From assembly GCA_963805625.1 (NCBI GenBank), contig CAWDVE010000018.1, positions 32,001 to 96,000 of the forward strand: 64,000 nucleotides of DNA, read 5' to 3'. Each line of letters starts with the position of its first letter. Within the stretch, counting starts at the first letter, position 1. Positions 9,024-18,911 of this stretch are shown here, piece after piece. The notes under the pieces are model-generated. The model was not told where the DNA came from, did not search any database, and saw nothing but the letters and a program-made list of their open reading frames with translations. The position numbers and the translations under genes were made by a program. This DNA comes from an uncultured Candidatus Rokubacteria bacterium. GTDB taxonomy: Bacteria > Methylomirabilota > Methylomirabilia > Rokubacteriales > DASRDR01.

Positions 9024-10471
9024 CGCGGGGCAGGGTGCGGTCCGACACCTTCATCGACTCGGTGGCGCTCATGCAGGTCACGGAACGCGTCCGGGCGCTC
9101 CCCGGCGTCAGGGCGGCCGCCCTGGTGATGGCGACGGACCTGAACCGCCGGCTGCTCGACGAGACCGACCTCCTCCCCGCTGAGGCCAAGCGGGCCGGAT
9201 CGGCCGACCTCGTCATCACGGTGCGCGCGGAGACCGCCACCGCGGCGGACGCCGCTCTCGGTCAGGCCGAGGGATTCCTCGCCGCGCACCGGGGCGACCA
9301 GGGCCCGCACCGGAGCGAGCCGCCGCGCTCGATCGTCAGCTCGGCTCGCCGGCTGCCGGGGGCCAACGTCGCCCTGGTCTCGGTTCCCGGAGCCTATGCG
9401 ACGGCCGAGGCCCACCAGGCGCTCTCGGCCGGACTCCACGTGTTCTTGTTCAGCGATGGCGTGACGCTGGCCGACGAGATCGCGCTCAAGAAACGGGCCG
9501 AGACACGCGGGCTGCTCGTCATGGGACCGGAGTGCGGGACGAGTTTCCTGAACGGCGTGGGGCTCGGCTTCGCGAATCGCGTCCGGCAGGGACACGTCGG
9601 GCTGGTCGCGGCGTCCGGGACCGGACTCCAGGAGGTCGCGAGCCTGATCCACCGGCTGGGCGCGGGAGTCTCGCAGGGCATCGGTACCGGTGGGCGAGAC
9701 CTCCACGAAGCCGTGGGCGGGCTCGCCACGCTCCAGGTCCTGTCCTGGCTGGCCCGGGATCCCGAGACACACGTGATCGGACTCGTCTCGAAGGCCCCGT
9801 CGGCTGCCGTGGCCGAGCGGGTGCTGAAGGCCGCCGGCGCGTCCGGCAAGCCCGTGGTGGCGTACCTGCCCGGCTGGCGCGGGGCGACTCCGGCCGGTGT
9901 GCTGAGCGTGGCGACGCTCGAGGCGGCCGCGCTCGGGTGCGTCCGGGCGCTCGGGCGCAAGAGGCCGGGCTTCGACCGGCAGCGCGGGCGACGTCCGGGG
10001 CGCCCCCGCCCGGGCCAGGTGCTCGGCCTCTTCACGGGCGGCACGCTGTGTGACGAGGCGCGGACGATCGTCGGTGCTGCCGCGCGGGAGTTCATCGACT
10101 TCGGCGCCTCGGACTACACAGGGGGTCGGCCGCATCCGATCATCGACCCGAGTCTCCGGAACGCGGCCCTGGCGCGCGCCGGGAGCGATCGAAAGGTGGG
10201 AGTGCTGCTGATAGACGTGATCCTCGGCGACGGCGCCCATCCGGACCCAGCCGGCGCGCTCGCCGCCGCCATCGGCGAGGCGCGGACCCGCGCCCATCGG
10301 GGGCGCCGGACGCTCGAGGTCGTCGCGCACGTGGTCGGGACCGACGAGGATCCCCAGGGGCTCGCGAAGCAGGAAGGGGCGCTCCGGCGCGCGGGTGCCC
10401 GAGTCTGCCCGACGAACCGCCTGGCCGCCGAGCTGGCGCGAGACCTCGTAGGAGGACGCCGTGGCCGCTGA
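9017..10471 (+). CDS. fdrA: FdrA/AllF/YahF-like acyl-CoA-synthetase-fold protein
   Basis: DSVALMQ, ALVSVPGAYA, MGPECGT, AASGTGLQE, GRPHPIIDP, VVGTDEDPQ. Confidence 0.92.
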   Translation: MVTRGRVRSDTFIDSVALMQVTERVRALPGVRAAALVMATDLNRRLLDETDLLPAEAKRAGSADLVITVRAETATAADAALGQAEGFLAAHRGDQGPHRSEPPRSIVSSARRLPGANVALVSVPGAYATAEAHQALSAGLHVFLFSDGVTLADEIALKKRAETRGLLVMGPECGTSFLNGVGLGFANRVRQGHVGLVAASGTGLQEVASLIHRLGAGVSQGIGTGGRDLHEAVGGLATLQVLSWLARDPETHVIGLVSKAPSAAVAERVLKAAGASGKPVVAYLPGWRGATPAGVLSVATLEAAALGCVRALGRKRPGFDRQRGRRPGRPRPGQVLGLFTGGTLCDEARTIVGAAAREFIDFGASDYTGGRPHPIIDPSLRNAALARAGSDRKVGVLLIDVILGDGAHPDPAGALAAAIGEARTRAHRGRRTLEVVAHVVGTDEDPQGLAKQEGALRRAGARVCPTNRLAAELARDLVGGRRGR

Positions 10472-11867
10472 GGGCGGGCTATTCGGCGCGGAGCTCAGGG
10501 TCGTCAGTGCCGGGGTCGATCTCTTCGCCGACGCGCTCGCCGCCCGCGGCGTCGAGGTCAGCCGCGTGGACTGGCGCCCGCCGGTCTCCGGCACGGCATC
10601 GACTCTCTGGCGAGACGAGGTCGACGCCGCCAACCGCGAGGCGCTCCGGCGACTCAGCGCCGCCCAGCCCGTCCTGATCGACGTCCGTCCGGCCCTCGAG
10701 GTCGTGCCCGGGATGACGCCGACGACGCTGCTCCACGCGGGGCCCCCGCTCCCGTGGGCGCGGATGAGCGGGCCGGTGCGGGGCGCCGTCATCGGGGCGC
10801 TTCTCTACGAGCGCCTCGCCGAGACGCCCGAGGAGGCCGAGCAGCTCGCTGCGTCGGGCGCCCTCGCGTTCGATCCCTGCCACCATCACGGCGCGGTCGG
10901 GCCGATGGCCGGGATCACGACGGCGCGCATGCCGGTCCTCGTGGTCGAGAACCGGACCAACGGCAATCGGAGCTACGCCACCCTGAACGAGGGGCTCGGC
11001 AAGGCGCTTCGCTACGGCGCCTTCGCGCCCGACGTCATCGAGCGGCTCCGGTGGTTCGAGGCGATCCTCGGACCGGCGCTCAGCGAGGTGCTCCGACGGA
11101 TCGGGGGTGTCGACATCCGGAGCCTGATCGCCCAGGCCGTCCAGATGGGAGACGAGTGCCACAACCGGAACCGGGCCGCCTCCGCGCTCCTCATCAAGAC
11201 GCTGGCGCCTCACGTGGCCGCCCTCGACCTCCCGCCGGCGGAGCGCGAGCGCATCCTCACCTTCGCGGCCGGGAATGACCACTTCTTCCTGAACGTGGGC
11301 ATGGCAGCGTGCAAGGCGGCGCTCGACGCCGCCCACGGCGTCCCCCGGAGCAGCATGGTGACGGTGATGGCGCGCAACGGCACCGAGTTCGGCATCCGCG
11401 TGAGCGGGCTCGGCGACCGGTGGTTCACCGGCCCGTCCGGGACGCCAGTCGGGCTCTACTTCGCGGGGTTCAGCGGGGAGGACGCCAACCCCGACATGGG
11501 CGACAGCGCGATCACCGAGACGGCCGGCCTCGGCGCCTTCGCGATGGCCGGCGCGCCGGCCATCGTCCAGTTCGTGGGCGGAACCCCGGCCGACGCGCTG
11601 GGCTACACTCGGCGCATGTACGAGATCACGCTCGGCGAGAGCGAGGCCTACCGGCTGCCGGCGCTCGACTTCCGGGGGACGCCGACCGGGATCGACGTCA
11701 GGCTCGTGCTCCAGACCGGGATCCTGCCCCAGATCAACACGGGCATCGCACACCGCCGCCCGGGGATCGGTCAGATCGGGGCCGGTCTCGTCAATCCGCC
11801 CCTCGCGTGCTTCGAGGCGGCCGGCCGAGCGCTGGCAGCCGAGCTGGCCCGAACGAGCCAGGCGTGA
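10461..11867 (+). CDS. DUF1116 protein (YlbE/AllG/YahG-like)
   Basis: LHAGPP, PCHHHGAVGPMAG, MGDECHNRN, NPDMGDSAITET, PQINTGIAH. Confidence 0.92.
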   Translation: MAAEGGLFGAELRVVSAGVDLFADALAARGVEVSRVDWRPPVSGTASTLWRDEVDAANREALRRLSAAQPVLIDVRPALEVVPGMTPTTLLHAGPPLPWARMSGPVRGAVIGALLYERLAETPEEAEQLAASGALAFDPCHHHGAVGPMAGITTARMPVLVVENRTNGNRSYATLNEGLGKALRYGAFAPDVIERLRWFEAILGPALSEVLRRIGGVDIRSLIAQAVQMGDECHNRNRAASALLIKTLAPHVAALDLPPAERERILTFAAGNDHFFLNVGMAACKAALDAAHGVPRSSMVTVMARNGTEFGIRVSGLGDRWFTGPSGTPVGLYFAGFSGEDANPDMGDSAITETAGLGAFAMAGAPAIVQFVGGTPADALGYTRRMYEITLGESEAYRLPALDFRGTPTGIDVRLVLQTGILPQINTGIAHRRPGIGQIGAGLVNPPLACFEAAGRALAAELARTSQA

Positions 11868-11878
11868 GGGCAGGGGGC

Positions 11879-12703
11879 GTGAGCGCGCTCCGCGCCGCGG
11901 AGGGGGCCGCGCCGGCTCCCACACTGCCGGTCCGGCGGTGGCTCTCGTCATTCGCGGTGGCGGGGGCCCTCGTCCTTGCGTGGGAGGGGAGCAAGGCGCT
12001 GTTCGCGATTCCGCGGTACAAGCTTCCCCACGTCCACGAGATCCTCGGCGAGTTCGTCCGGGAGGGCGCGGACGGCACGCCCTGGCTCCTGATCATGGCC
12101 CACAACGCCGGGTACACGGCGCTCGAGAGCTTCGCCGGCTTCGCGCTCGGAGCCAGCACGGGCCTCGTCTTGGCCGTCCTCTTCGCGCGCTTCCGGCTGC
12201 TCGAGCGGGGCCTCTTGCCCTACGTGATGGTGTCCCAGACGGTGCCGATCCTCGCCGTCGCGCCGATGGTGGTCGTCTGGCTCGGCACCTCGTGGGTATC
12301 CAAGGCGGTGATCGCGGCGTACCTGACCTTCTTCCCGGTGACGGTCAACATGCTGCGGGGCCTCCGGGCGGTCGACCCGGACGCCCTCGCCCTCATGCGG
12401 GCGCTCGCCGCGACGCCGCGTCAGGTATTCCTGAAGCTCCGCTTCCCGGCCGCGCTTCCCTATCTCTTCACCGCGCTGCGGATCTCGGCGACCGCGAGCG
12501 TCGTCGGCGCGATCATCGGCGAGCTCCCGGTCGGGAGCCGGTTCGGGATGGGTGTGGTGATCATCAACGCGGCCCAGTACTACAACTGGCAGCCCGCGAA
12601 CCTCTGGGCGGCCATCCTGGTGTCGGCGCTCCTCGGGATCGCGTTCTACCACGCGGTCGCCGCCGTCGAGCGGCGCTGCATCCGCTGGCAGCCGACGACG
12701 TAG
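11879..12703 (+). CDS. NitT/TauT ABC permease
   Basis: Hydrophobic protein, SQTVPILAVAP, KLRFPAALPYLF; start could alternatively be GTG 11864. Confidence 0.9.
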   Translation: MSALRAAEGAAPAPTLPVRRWLSSFAVAGALVLAWEGSKALFAIPRYKLPHVHEILGEFVREGADGTPWLLIMAHNAGYTALESFAGFALGASTGLVLAVLFARFRLLERGLLPYVMVSQTVPILAVAPMVVVWLGTSWVSKAVIAAYLTFFPVTVNMLRGLRAVDPDALALMRALAATPRQVFLKLRFPAALPYLFTALRISATASVVGAIIGELPVGSRFGMGVVIINAAQYYNWQPANLWAAILVSALLGIAFYHAVAAVERRCIRWQPTT

Positions 12704-12706
12704 GCC

Positions 12707-13753
12707 GTGCCACACAGGACCCTGGCAGCGATTGTCCCGTTTACCAGGACCCGAGAGGCGAACGTCACGCGCTCCCGGTCGGCCGTTCTCCTCGCCCTGA
12801 CCCTGAGCCTCCTCGCTGCTCCGGTCGCCGCCCAGGTGCCGCAGTCCGGGCGAGTATCGCGGATCGGCCTTCTGTTCACGGGCTCGCCTCCACCCGAGTC
12901 CAATCGTGCGGTCGAGGCGTTACGACGCGGCCTCCGCGACCTCGGCTACGTGGAGGGTCGGACCATCCAGCTCGAGTACCGGTGGGCGCCGGAAGGTGGA
13001 TCCGATCAACTCCCTGGTCTGGCGGCTGAGTTGGTCCGTCTCGGGGTGGATGTCATCGTCGCCCAGACGAACGTCCACACCAGGGCGGCCAGCCAGGCGA
13101 CGTCGACGATTCCCATCGTGTTCGGCGCGGTCAGCGATCCGGTCGAGAGCGGTCTCGTGGCCGGCCTGGCCCGGCCGGGCGGGAACGTGACAGGGTCGAG
13201 CTTGCTAGCGCCGGAAGTCGTCAGGAAGCTGCTCGAGTTTCTCAAGGAAGCGGTTCCGGACGCCTCCCGGATCGCTGTTCTCGCAGATCCGGAGGGAAGC
13301 GTGCAGAGCCGGAAGGAGGCAGAGGCGGGGGCCCAGGTGCTGGGTCTGCGGCTTCATCGACTGGACGTGCGCGATCCGAGGGAGCTCGATCAGGCATTCC
13401 AGGCGGCCATGGCGGCCCGCGCCCAGGCCGTCATCACGATTCCGAGCTCCTTCTTTGCCCGACACCGCGGGCGCGTGGCGGAGCTCGCCCTGAAGAGCCG
13501 GCTCCCGGCGGTCTCCATCGAGACGGGATTCGCGGAGGCAGGCGGCCTCCTGTCCTATGGCCCGAACATTCCAGACAGCTTCCGGCGGGCTGCCCTCTAC
13601 GTCGACAAGATCCTCAAGGGCGCGAAGCCGGCCGACTTGCCCGTCGAGCAACCCACCAAGTTCGACCTGGTCCTCAACCTGAAGACCGCCAAGGCGCTCG
13701 GCCTGACGATCCCTCCCTCGGTTCTGGTGCGGGCAGATCGGGTGATCGAATGA
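12707..13753 (+). CDS. ABC_sub_bind-type substrate-binding protein
   Basis: LRDLGYVEG, DPVESGLVAGLARPGGNVTG, KPADLPVEQPTKFDLVLNLKTAKALGLTIP. Confidence 0.92.
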   Translation: MPHRTLAAIVPFTRTREANVTRSRSAVLLALTLSLLAAPVAAQVPQSGRVSRIGLLFTGSPPPESNRAVEALRRGLRDLGYVEGRTIQLEYRWAPEGGSDQLPGLAAELVRLGVDVIVAQTNVHTRAASQATSTIPIVFGAVSDPVESGLVAGLARPGGNVTGSSLLAPEVVRKLLEFLKEAVPDASRIAVLADPEGSVQSRKEAEAGAQVLGLRLHRLDVRDPRELDQAFQAAMAARAQAVITIPSSFFARHRGRVAELALKSRLPAVSIETGFAEAGGLLSYGPNIPDSFRRAALYVDKILKGAKPADLPVEQPTKFDLVLNLKTAKALGLTIPPSVLVRADRVIE

Positions 13754-13791
13754 CCGTGCGCCTGCGTCTCAGGCGCGGGTAGGACGCACGC

Positions 13792-14595
13792 GTGGGGATC
13801 ATCGAGCTCGAGGGCGTGAGCAAGACGTATCCGAGCCCGGCTGGCGAGATGGAGGCGCTCCACGACGTCTCGTTCGCCGTCGAGCGCGGGGAGCTCGTCT
13901 CGCTGATCGGCCCGTCGGGATGCGGGAAGTCCACCCTCCTCCGGATCGTCGGCGACCTCGTCCCGCCATCGGGAGGCGCGGTCACCGTGAACGGGAAGCA
14001 CCCGGGGGCGGCGCGCCTCGACCGGGACTACGGTATCGTGTTCCAGGCGCCCGTGCTCTACGACTGGCGTACGGTGGAGGCCAACGTCGGCCTGCCGCTC
14101 GAGGTGATCGGCTGGCCGCGGCCGGAGCGCGACCAGCGGGTGCGGGCGCTCCTGCGGCTGGTCGGGCTCGACGCCTTCCGCCGCCATTATCCCTGGCAGC
14201 TCTCGGGCGGGATGCAGCAACGGGTCGCCATCGCGCGGGCGCTTGCGACCAATCCGGCGATCCTGCTCATGGACGAGCCGTTCGGAGCGCTCGACGAGAT
14301 GACGCGGGAGCGCCTGAACCTGGAGTTCCTGAACATCTGCCGCGAGACCGGCGCCACCGTGCTCTTCGTCACCCACAGCATCGCGGAGGCGGTCTTCCTC
14401 TCGACCCGCGTCGTCGTGCTAACCGCCCGACCCGGCCGCATCGAGCGGGTGGTGGACGTGGACCTTCCACAGCCCCGTAGCGAGAAGACGCGCGCTCTGC
14501 CGCGCTTCTTCGAGCTGGTCACTTTCGTGCGGGAGCACCTGGTCGAGGACCCCGCCCTGGCCGCCGCGGGGAGCCCCGCCAGCGAGGTTAGGTAG
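13792..14595 (+). CDS. NitT/TauT ABC ATP-binding protein
   Basis: GPSGCGKST, LSGGMQQR, MDEPFGALD. Confidence 0.95.
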   Translation: MGIIELEGVSKTYPSPAGEMEALHDVSFAVERGELVSLIGPSGCGKSTLLRIVGDLVPPSGGAVTVNGKHPGAARLDRDYGIVFQAPVLYDWRTVEANVGLPLEVIGWPRPERDQRVRALLRLVGLDAFRRHYPWQLSGGMQQRVAIARALATNPAILLMDEPFGALDEMTRERLNLEFLNICRETGATVLFVTHSIAEAVFLSTRVVVLTARPGRIERVVDVDLPQPRSEKTRALPRFFELVTFVREHLVEDPALAAAGSPASEVR

Positions 14596-14598
14596 CCG

Positions 14599-15369
14599 AT
14601 GCGACGCACGCGCGACTACGTGCCCGTCCTGGGGGTCTTCGCGCTCGGCCTCCTGTTGTGGGAGGGGTTCGTCTTCGCCTTCTCGATCGAGTTCTACCTC
14701 CTCCCGGCCCCGCACGTGATCGCGGCGACCCTCCGCCAGACCTACCCGGTCCTGCTGGAGGCGGCTCTCTACACGTTCGGCGAGGCGCTGGCCGGCTACG
14801 CCCTCGGCTGCGGTGGTGGCGTGCTGGTCGCCGCGCTGGCGAGCCGGTTCCCGGCGTTCGCCGGCGTCGTCCTTCCCTACGCGATCGCGTCGGCGTCGGT
14901 GCCGATCGTCGCGCTGGCGCCGCTGGCGATCGTCTGGTTCGGCATCGGCCCAGGCTCCAAGATCGCCATCGCGACCCTGATGACCTTCTTCCCGACCTTC
15001 GTCGGCACGCTCCGGGGCCTGCTCGGGGTCGACGCCCGGAGCCTCGAGCTGATGCGGAGCATCGCCGCCACCGAGTGGCAGGTGTTCTGGAAGCTCCGGC
15101 TCCCGCACAGCCTGCCTCACATGTTCACCGCGTTCCGGGCGTGCACCACGCTCGCGATGATCGGCGCGGTCGTGAGCGAGTTCTTCGGCGGCCCGATGAA
15201 GTCGCTCGGCGTGTACATCAAGAGCACGGCGAGTCTCTTCCAGACCCGCCAGTCGTGGTCGGCGATCCTCGTGGCCTGCGTGCTCGGGCTGACGTTCTAT
15301 CTGGCGGTGGCGCTCGTGGAGCGCCTCACCGTGCCGTGGCGAGTCGGCGAGGACCGCGCCGGCGCGTGA
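14599..15369 (+). CDS. NitT/TauT ABC permease
   Basis: YLLPAP, hydrophobic helices, FWKLRLPHSLP. Confidence 0.92.
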   Translation: MRRTRDYVPVLGVFALGLLLWEGFVFAFSIEFYLLPAPHVIAATLRQTYPVLLEAALYTFGEALAGYALGCGGGVLVAALASRFPAFAGVVLPYAIASASVPIVALAPLAIVWFGIGPGSKIAIATLMTFFPTFVGTLRGLLGVDARSLELMRSIAATEWQVFWKLRLPHSLPHMFTAFRACTTLAMIGAVVSEFFGGPMKSLGVYIKSTASLFQTRQSWSAILVACVLGLTFYLAVALVERLTVPWRVGEDRAGA

Positions 15370-15416
15370 ACGCCGCCCGGCGGTCGAAACTCCATGCGAT
15401 CTCGGAGGGACCGGCG

Positions 15417-16433
15417 ATGACGAGACAGAGGAACGGGACGACCTGGATCGCGCTGACCATGCTGGTACTGGCGGCGCTCCTGTGGCCGGGGTCGGCCGTG
15501 GCCCAGGCCACGAAGGTGCGGCTTCAGCTCAAGTGGGTGACCCAGGCCCAGTTCGCGGGCTACTACGCGGCCAAGCACCAGGGCCTCTATCGCGCCGAGA
15601 ACCTGGACGTCACCATCATCCCCGGCGGCCCGGACATCGTGCCCGAGCAGGTGGTGGCGGGCGGCGGGGCGGAGTTCGGGATCGACTGGTTGCCGAGTCT
15701 CCTGTCCGCGCGCGAGCAGGGCGTGCCGCTGGTCAACATCGGCCAGGTGTTCGCCTACAGCGGCATGCGGGAGCTCGCGTTCAAGACGTCCGGCATCAAG
15801 ACGCCGGCGGACCTCAAGGGCCGGAAGGTCGCGGTGTGGTTCGGCGGCAACGAGTTCGCCCTCCTGGCGACGCTCGCCAAGTACAAGCTCGACCCGCAGA
15901 AGGACCTCACGCTGGTCCAACAGCCGTTCGACATGAACCTCCTCCTCCAGAAGCAGGTCGACGCAGCGGCGGCCATGACCTACAACGAGTACAAGCAGGT
16001 GCTGGACGGGGGCGTGAAGCCGGAGGACCTGGTCGTCATCGACTTCAACGTCGAGGGCACAGCCATGCTCGAGGACGGGATCTTCGTCCGCGCGGACTGG
16101 CTCCGCGCCGGCAAGAACAAGGAGACCGCCGCCCGGTTCCTCCGGGCCTCCCTCAAGGGCTGGGAGTTCTGCCGGAACCAGGCGGCCGCCTGCGTAGACC
16201 TCGTGCTGAAGGAGAGCCCGGTGCTCGGCAAGCCGCACCAGGCCTGGATGATGGCCGAGATCAACAAGCTCGTCTGGGGCCCGCCCGCACCCAAGACGCC
16301 GGCGGGGAAGATGGACCCCGAGGCCTTCAAGCGCACCGCCGACATCGCGCTGAAGTTCGGCGTGATCAAGAAGCCCGCCGAGGCGTCCGCCTACACCCAC
16401 GAGATCTGGGAGCTGACCCGGACCCTCAAGTAG
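15417..16433 (+). CDS. NMT1/THI5-like substrate-binding protein (pyrimidine-type)
   Basis: Signal peptide then LQLKWVTQAQFAGYYAA; GGAGGG RBS. Confidence 0.92.
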   Translation: MTRQRNGTTWIALTMLVLAALLWPGSAVAQATKVRLQLKWVTQAQFAGYYAAKHQGLYRAENLDVTIIPGGPDIVPEQVVAGGGAEFGIDWLPSLLSAREQGVPLVNIGQVFAYSGMRELAFKTSGIKTPADLKGRKVAVWFGGNEFALLATLAKYKLDPQKDLTLVQQPFDMNLLLQKQVDAAAAMTYNEYKQVLDGGVKPEDLVVIDFNVEGTAMLEDGIFVRADWLRAGKNKETAARFLRASLKGWEFCRNQAAACVDLVLKESPVLGKPHQAWMMAEINKLVWGPPAPKTPAGKMDPEAFKRTADIALKFGVIKKPAEASAYTHEIWELTRTLK

Positions 16434-16453
16434 GCTGACGGGGAGACCGGTTC

Positions 16454-17722
16454 ATGGACCTGGTGATCCGGGGCGCGCGCGTCGCGGGGTTCGATCGGCC
16501 GGTCGACATCGGCGTCCGCGACGGGCGCATCGCACGGCTCGCCCCGGGGCTGCACGACCGAGGGGCGGTCGAGATCGAGGCCGAGGGCCGGCTCGTGACG
16601 CCGGCCCTCGTCGAACCGCACCTCCACCTGGACGCCGTCCTCACCGAGGGCGAGCCGCGGTCCAACCGGAGCGGCTCACTGTTCGAGGGCATCGAGATCT
16701 GGGGCGAGCGCGTGAAGAGCCTCACGCCGGCAGACATCACGCGCCGGACCGACACGGCTCTCCGCTGGCTCCTGGCCCACGGCGTCACCCACCTCCGTGC
16801 CCACGTGGACGTGTGCGACCCGGCGCTCACGGCGGTGCGGGCGCTCCTCCAGGTCCGCGAGGCCTGGCGCGGCGTGATGGACATCCAGCTCGTCGCGTTC
16901 CCCCAGCAGGGGATCTACTCCTTCCCCGACGGCGAGAAGCTCATGATCGAGGCGCTCGAGCTCGGCGTGGACGTCGTGGGCGGCATCCCGCACTACGAGT
17001 GGACCCGGGAGTACGGGGAGCGGGACGTGAAGACCGCGCTGGCGCTGGCCGCACGCTACGGGCGGCCCGCCGACCTCCACTGCGACGAGACCGACGACGA
17101 CCAGAGCCGCTTCCTGGAGGTGCTCGCCGCCGAGACGATCCGCCTCGGCCTCCAGGGACGGGTGACGGCGAGCCATACCACCGCGATGCACTCCTACAAC
17201 AACGCCTACGCCTACAAGCTGATCCGTCTGGCGCGGGCCGCCGGCCTCCACTTCGTCACGAACCCGCTCGACAACTCCGTCCTCCAGGGGCGCTTCGACT
17301 CCTATCCGATCCGGCGCGGGTTCACGCGGGTGAAGGAGCTCCTCCGGGCTGGTGTGAACGTCGCCTTCGGCCACGACTCGATCATGGACCCCTGGTATCC
17401 GCTAGGGGTCGGCGACCCGGTCCAGTCCTGCTTCGTGATGGTCCACTACGGCCACATGTCAGGCCACGACGAGCTCGAGCAGATGCTCGACTTCGTGACG
17501 ACCCGGGCGGCCGAGTGCCTCGGCCTCCCGGACTACGGCCTCGCCGAGGGCCGCCGCGCAGACCTGGTCGTCTTCGACGCGCCGACGCCGGTCGACGCGG
17601 TGCGGACCCTGGCGGTCCGGACGGCGGTGGTGTCTCGCGGCCGCGTCGTCGCGCGGACCTCGCCGCCGCGGACCACGGTCACGCTGGACGGGCGCGAGTC
17701 GCCGGTGACGTTCCTGAGGTGA
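16454..17722 (+). CDS. codA: Cytosine deaminase (bacterial amidohydrolase type)
   Basis: EPHLHLD, NRSGSLFEGIEIW, GIPHYE, HCDETDD, SHTTAMHSYN, GHDSIMDPWYPLG. Confidence 0.95.
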   Translation: MDLVIRGARVAGFDRPVDIGVRDGRIARLAPGLHDRGAVEIEAEGRLVTPALVEPHLHLDAVLTEGEPRSNRSGSLFEGIEIWGERVKSLTPADITRRTDTALRWLLAHGVTHLRAHVDVCDPALTAVRALLQVREAWRGVMDIQLVAFPQQGIYSFPDGEKLMIEALELGVDVVGGIPHYEWTREYGERDVKTALALAARYGRPADLHCDETDDDQSRFLEVLAAETIRLGLQGRVTASHTTAMHSYNNAYAYKLIRLARAAGLHFVTNPLDNSVLQGRFDSYPIRRGFTRVKELLRAGVNVAFGHDSIMDPWYPLGVGDPVQSCFVMVHYGHMSGHDELEQMLDFVTTRAAECLGLPDYGLAEGRRADLVVFDAPTPVDAVRTLAVRTAVVSRGRVVARTSPPRTTVTLDGRESPVTFLR

Positions 17723-17744
17723 GCGGGGTCGGGGGGATGGCCGA

Positions 17745-18071
17745 ATGATCTCGAGGCACTGGAAGGGCATCGCCAGGCCGGGGCAGGCAGAGCGGTACGT
17801 CGACCACCTCCGGCGCGACGTCTTCCCGAAGCTCGTGGCGATTCCCGGCTTCGTCCGCACCACGATCCTGAGGCGAGAGGTCGCCGACGGCACCGAGTTC
17901 CAGATCGTCACGGTGTGGCGCTCGCTGAGCGCCGTCGAGACGTTTGCCGGGAAGGATCCGGACGCCGCCGTCGTTCCGCCCATCGTCCAGGCGATGATGG
18001 CGGCCTATGATCGTGACGTCGTGCGCCACGAGCTGGCCGACAGCTACGAGCCCGTGGCACAGCCCCAGTGA
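17745..18071 (+). CDS. ABM/dimeric alpha-beta barrel small protein
   Basis: MISRHWKG...IPGF...VTVWRSLSAVETFAG pattern. Confidence 0.75.
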   Translation: MISRHWKGIARPGQAERYVDHLRRDVFPKLVAIPGFVRTTILRREVADGTEFQIVTVWRSLSAVETFAGKDPDAAVVPPIVQAMMAAYDRDVVRHELADSYEPVAQPQ

Positions 18072-18883
18072 CCGGATCGGGGGGCGGCGCTGGCCCGGCG
18101 CGACGGCGCGCGCCCCGGAGCAGCGAGCTCCGCGGCTGGCTGGTGTTCGGCGTGGTCGCCCTCGCCGGCTGGGAGGCGGCGTCGCGACTCTACGCCCAGC
18201 CCTACCTCCTCCCCGCCCCGTCGCAGATCGCGCGGGAGCTGGGCGAGAACTGGGAGCTCGTCCTCGCCTATGCCTGGATCACCACCCAGGAGGTCGTGGT
18301 CGGGTTCACCCTCGGGGCGGTCGTGGCGCTCCTGGCCGCCATGCTCTTCCTGTGGCTGCCCGCATTCCTGGAGGACTTCCTCTACCGCGTGATCGTGACC
18401 CTGAACAGCACCCCGTTCGTGGCCCTGGCCTCGCTGGCGGTGGTCTGGTTCGGGCTCGGGATCACCAGCAAGATCCTGATCGCGGGGATGTACACCTTCT
18501 TCGCGGTGCTCTACACGACCCACAAGGAGTTCATCTCGATCGAGCCGATCCGCGAGCAGCTCATGGACGTCTACGGCGCGACGTGGTGGCAGCGGATCTT
18601 CCTGCTGAAGGTGCCCTCGGCCCTCCCCATCGTGTTCGTGAGCCTGAAGGGCGGCGTGATGGCGGCGGTCAACGGCGCGATCGTCGGCGAGCTGTTCGGG
18701 GCCTTCGAGGGGCTCGGCTACATGATCCTGGACTCGCGGTACGTCGGGAACACGGTGCGGGTGTTTCTCGCGGCCGTCTTCTGCACGCTGATCGGCTGGC
18801 TCCTGCTGGGCGTGGTTGCGCTGGCCGAGCGGGCCCTGCTACCGTGGCACGTGAGCATGGCGCGCGATCGGGGCGCGTCTTAG
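18068..18883 (+). CDS. NitT/TauT ABC permease
   Basis: YLLPAPSQI, AIVGELFG. Confidence 0.9.
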   Translation: MTGSGGGAGPARRRAPRSSELRGWLVFGVVALAGWEAASRLYAQPYLLPAPSQIARELGENWELVLAYAWITTQEVVVGFTLGAVVALLAAMLFLWLPAFLEDFLYRVIVTLNSTPFVALASLAVVWFGLGITSKILIAGMYTFFAVLYTTHKEFISIEPIREQLMDVYGATWWQRIFLLKVPSALPIVFVSLKGGVMAAVNGAIVGELFGAFEGLGYMILDSRYVGNTVRVFLAAVFCTLIGWLLLGVVALAERALLPWHVSMARDRGAS

Positions 18884-18911
18884 AGCCATCAACGAAAAGG
18901 AGGACACGACG

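Noticed and set aside
14658-15416. Long N-terminal extensions or fusions in the ORF track (also 11309, 26717, 30273, 38229, 48583)
   Set aside because: They are Arg/Gly/Pro-rich off-frame readings of upstream genes; real starts lie downstream.
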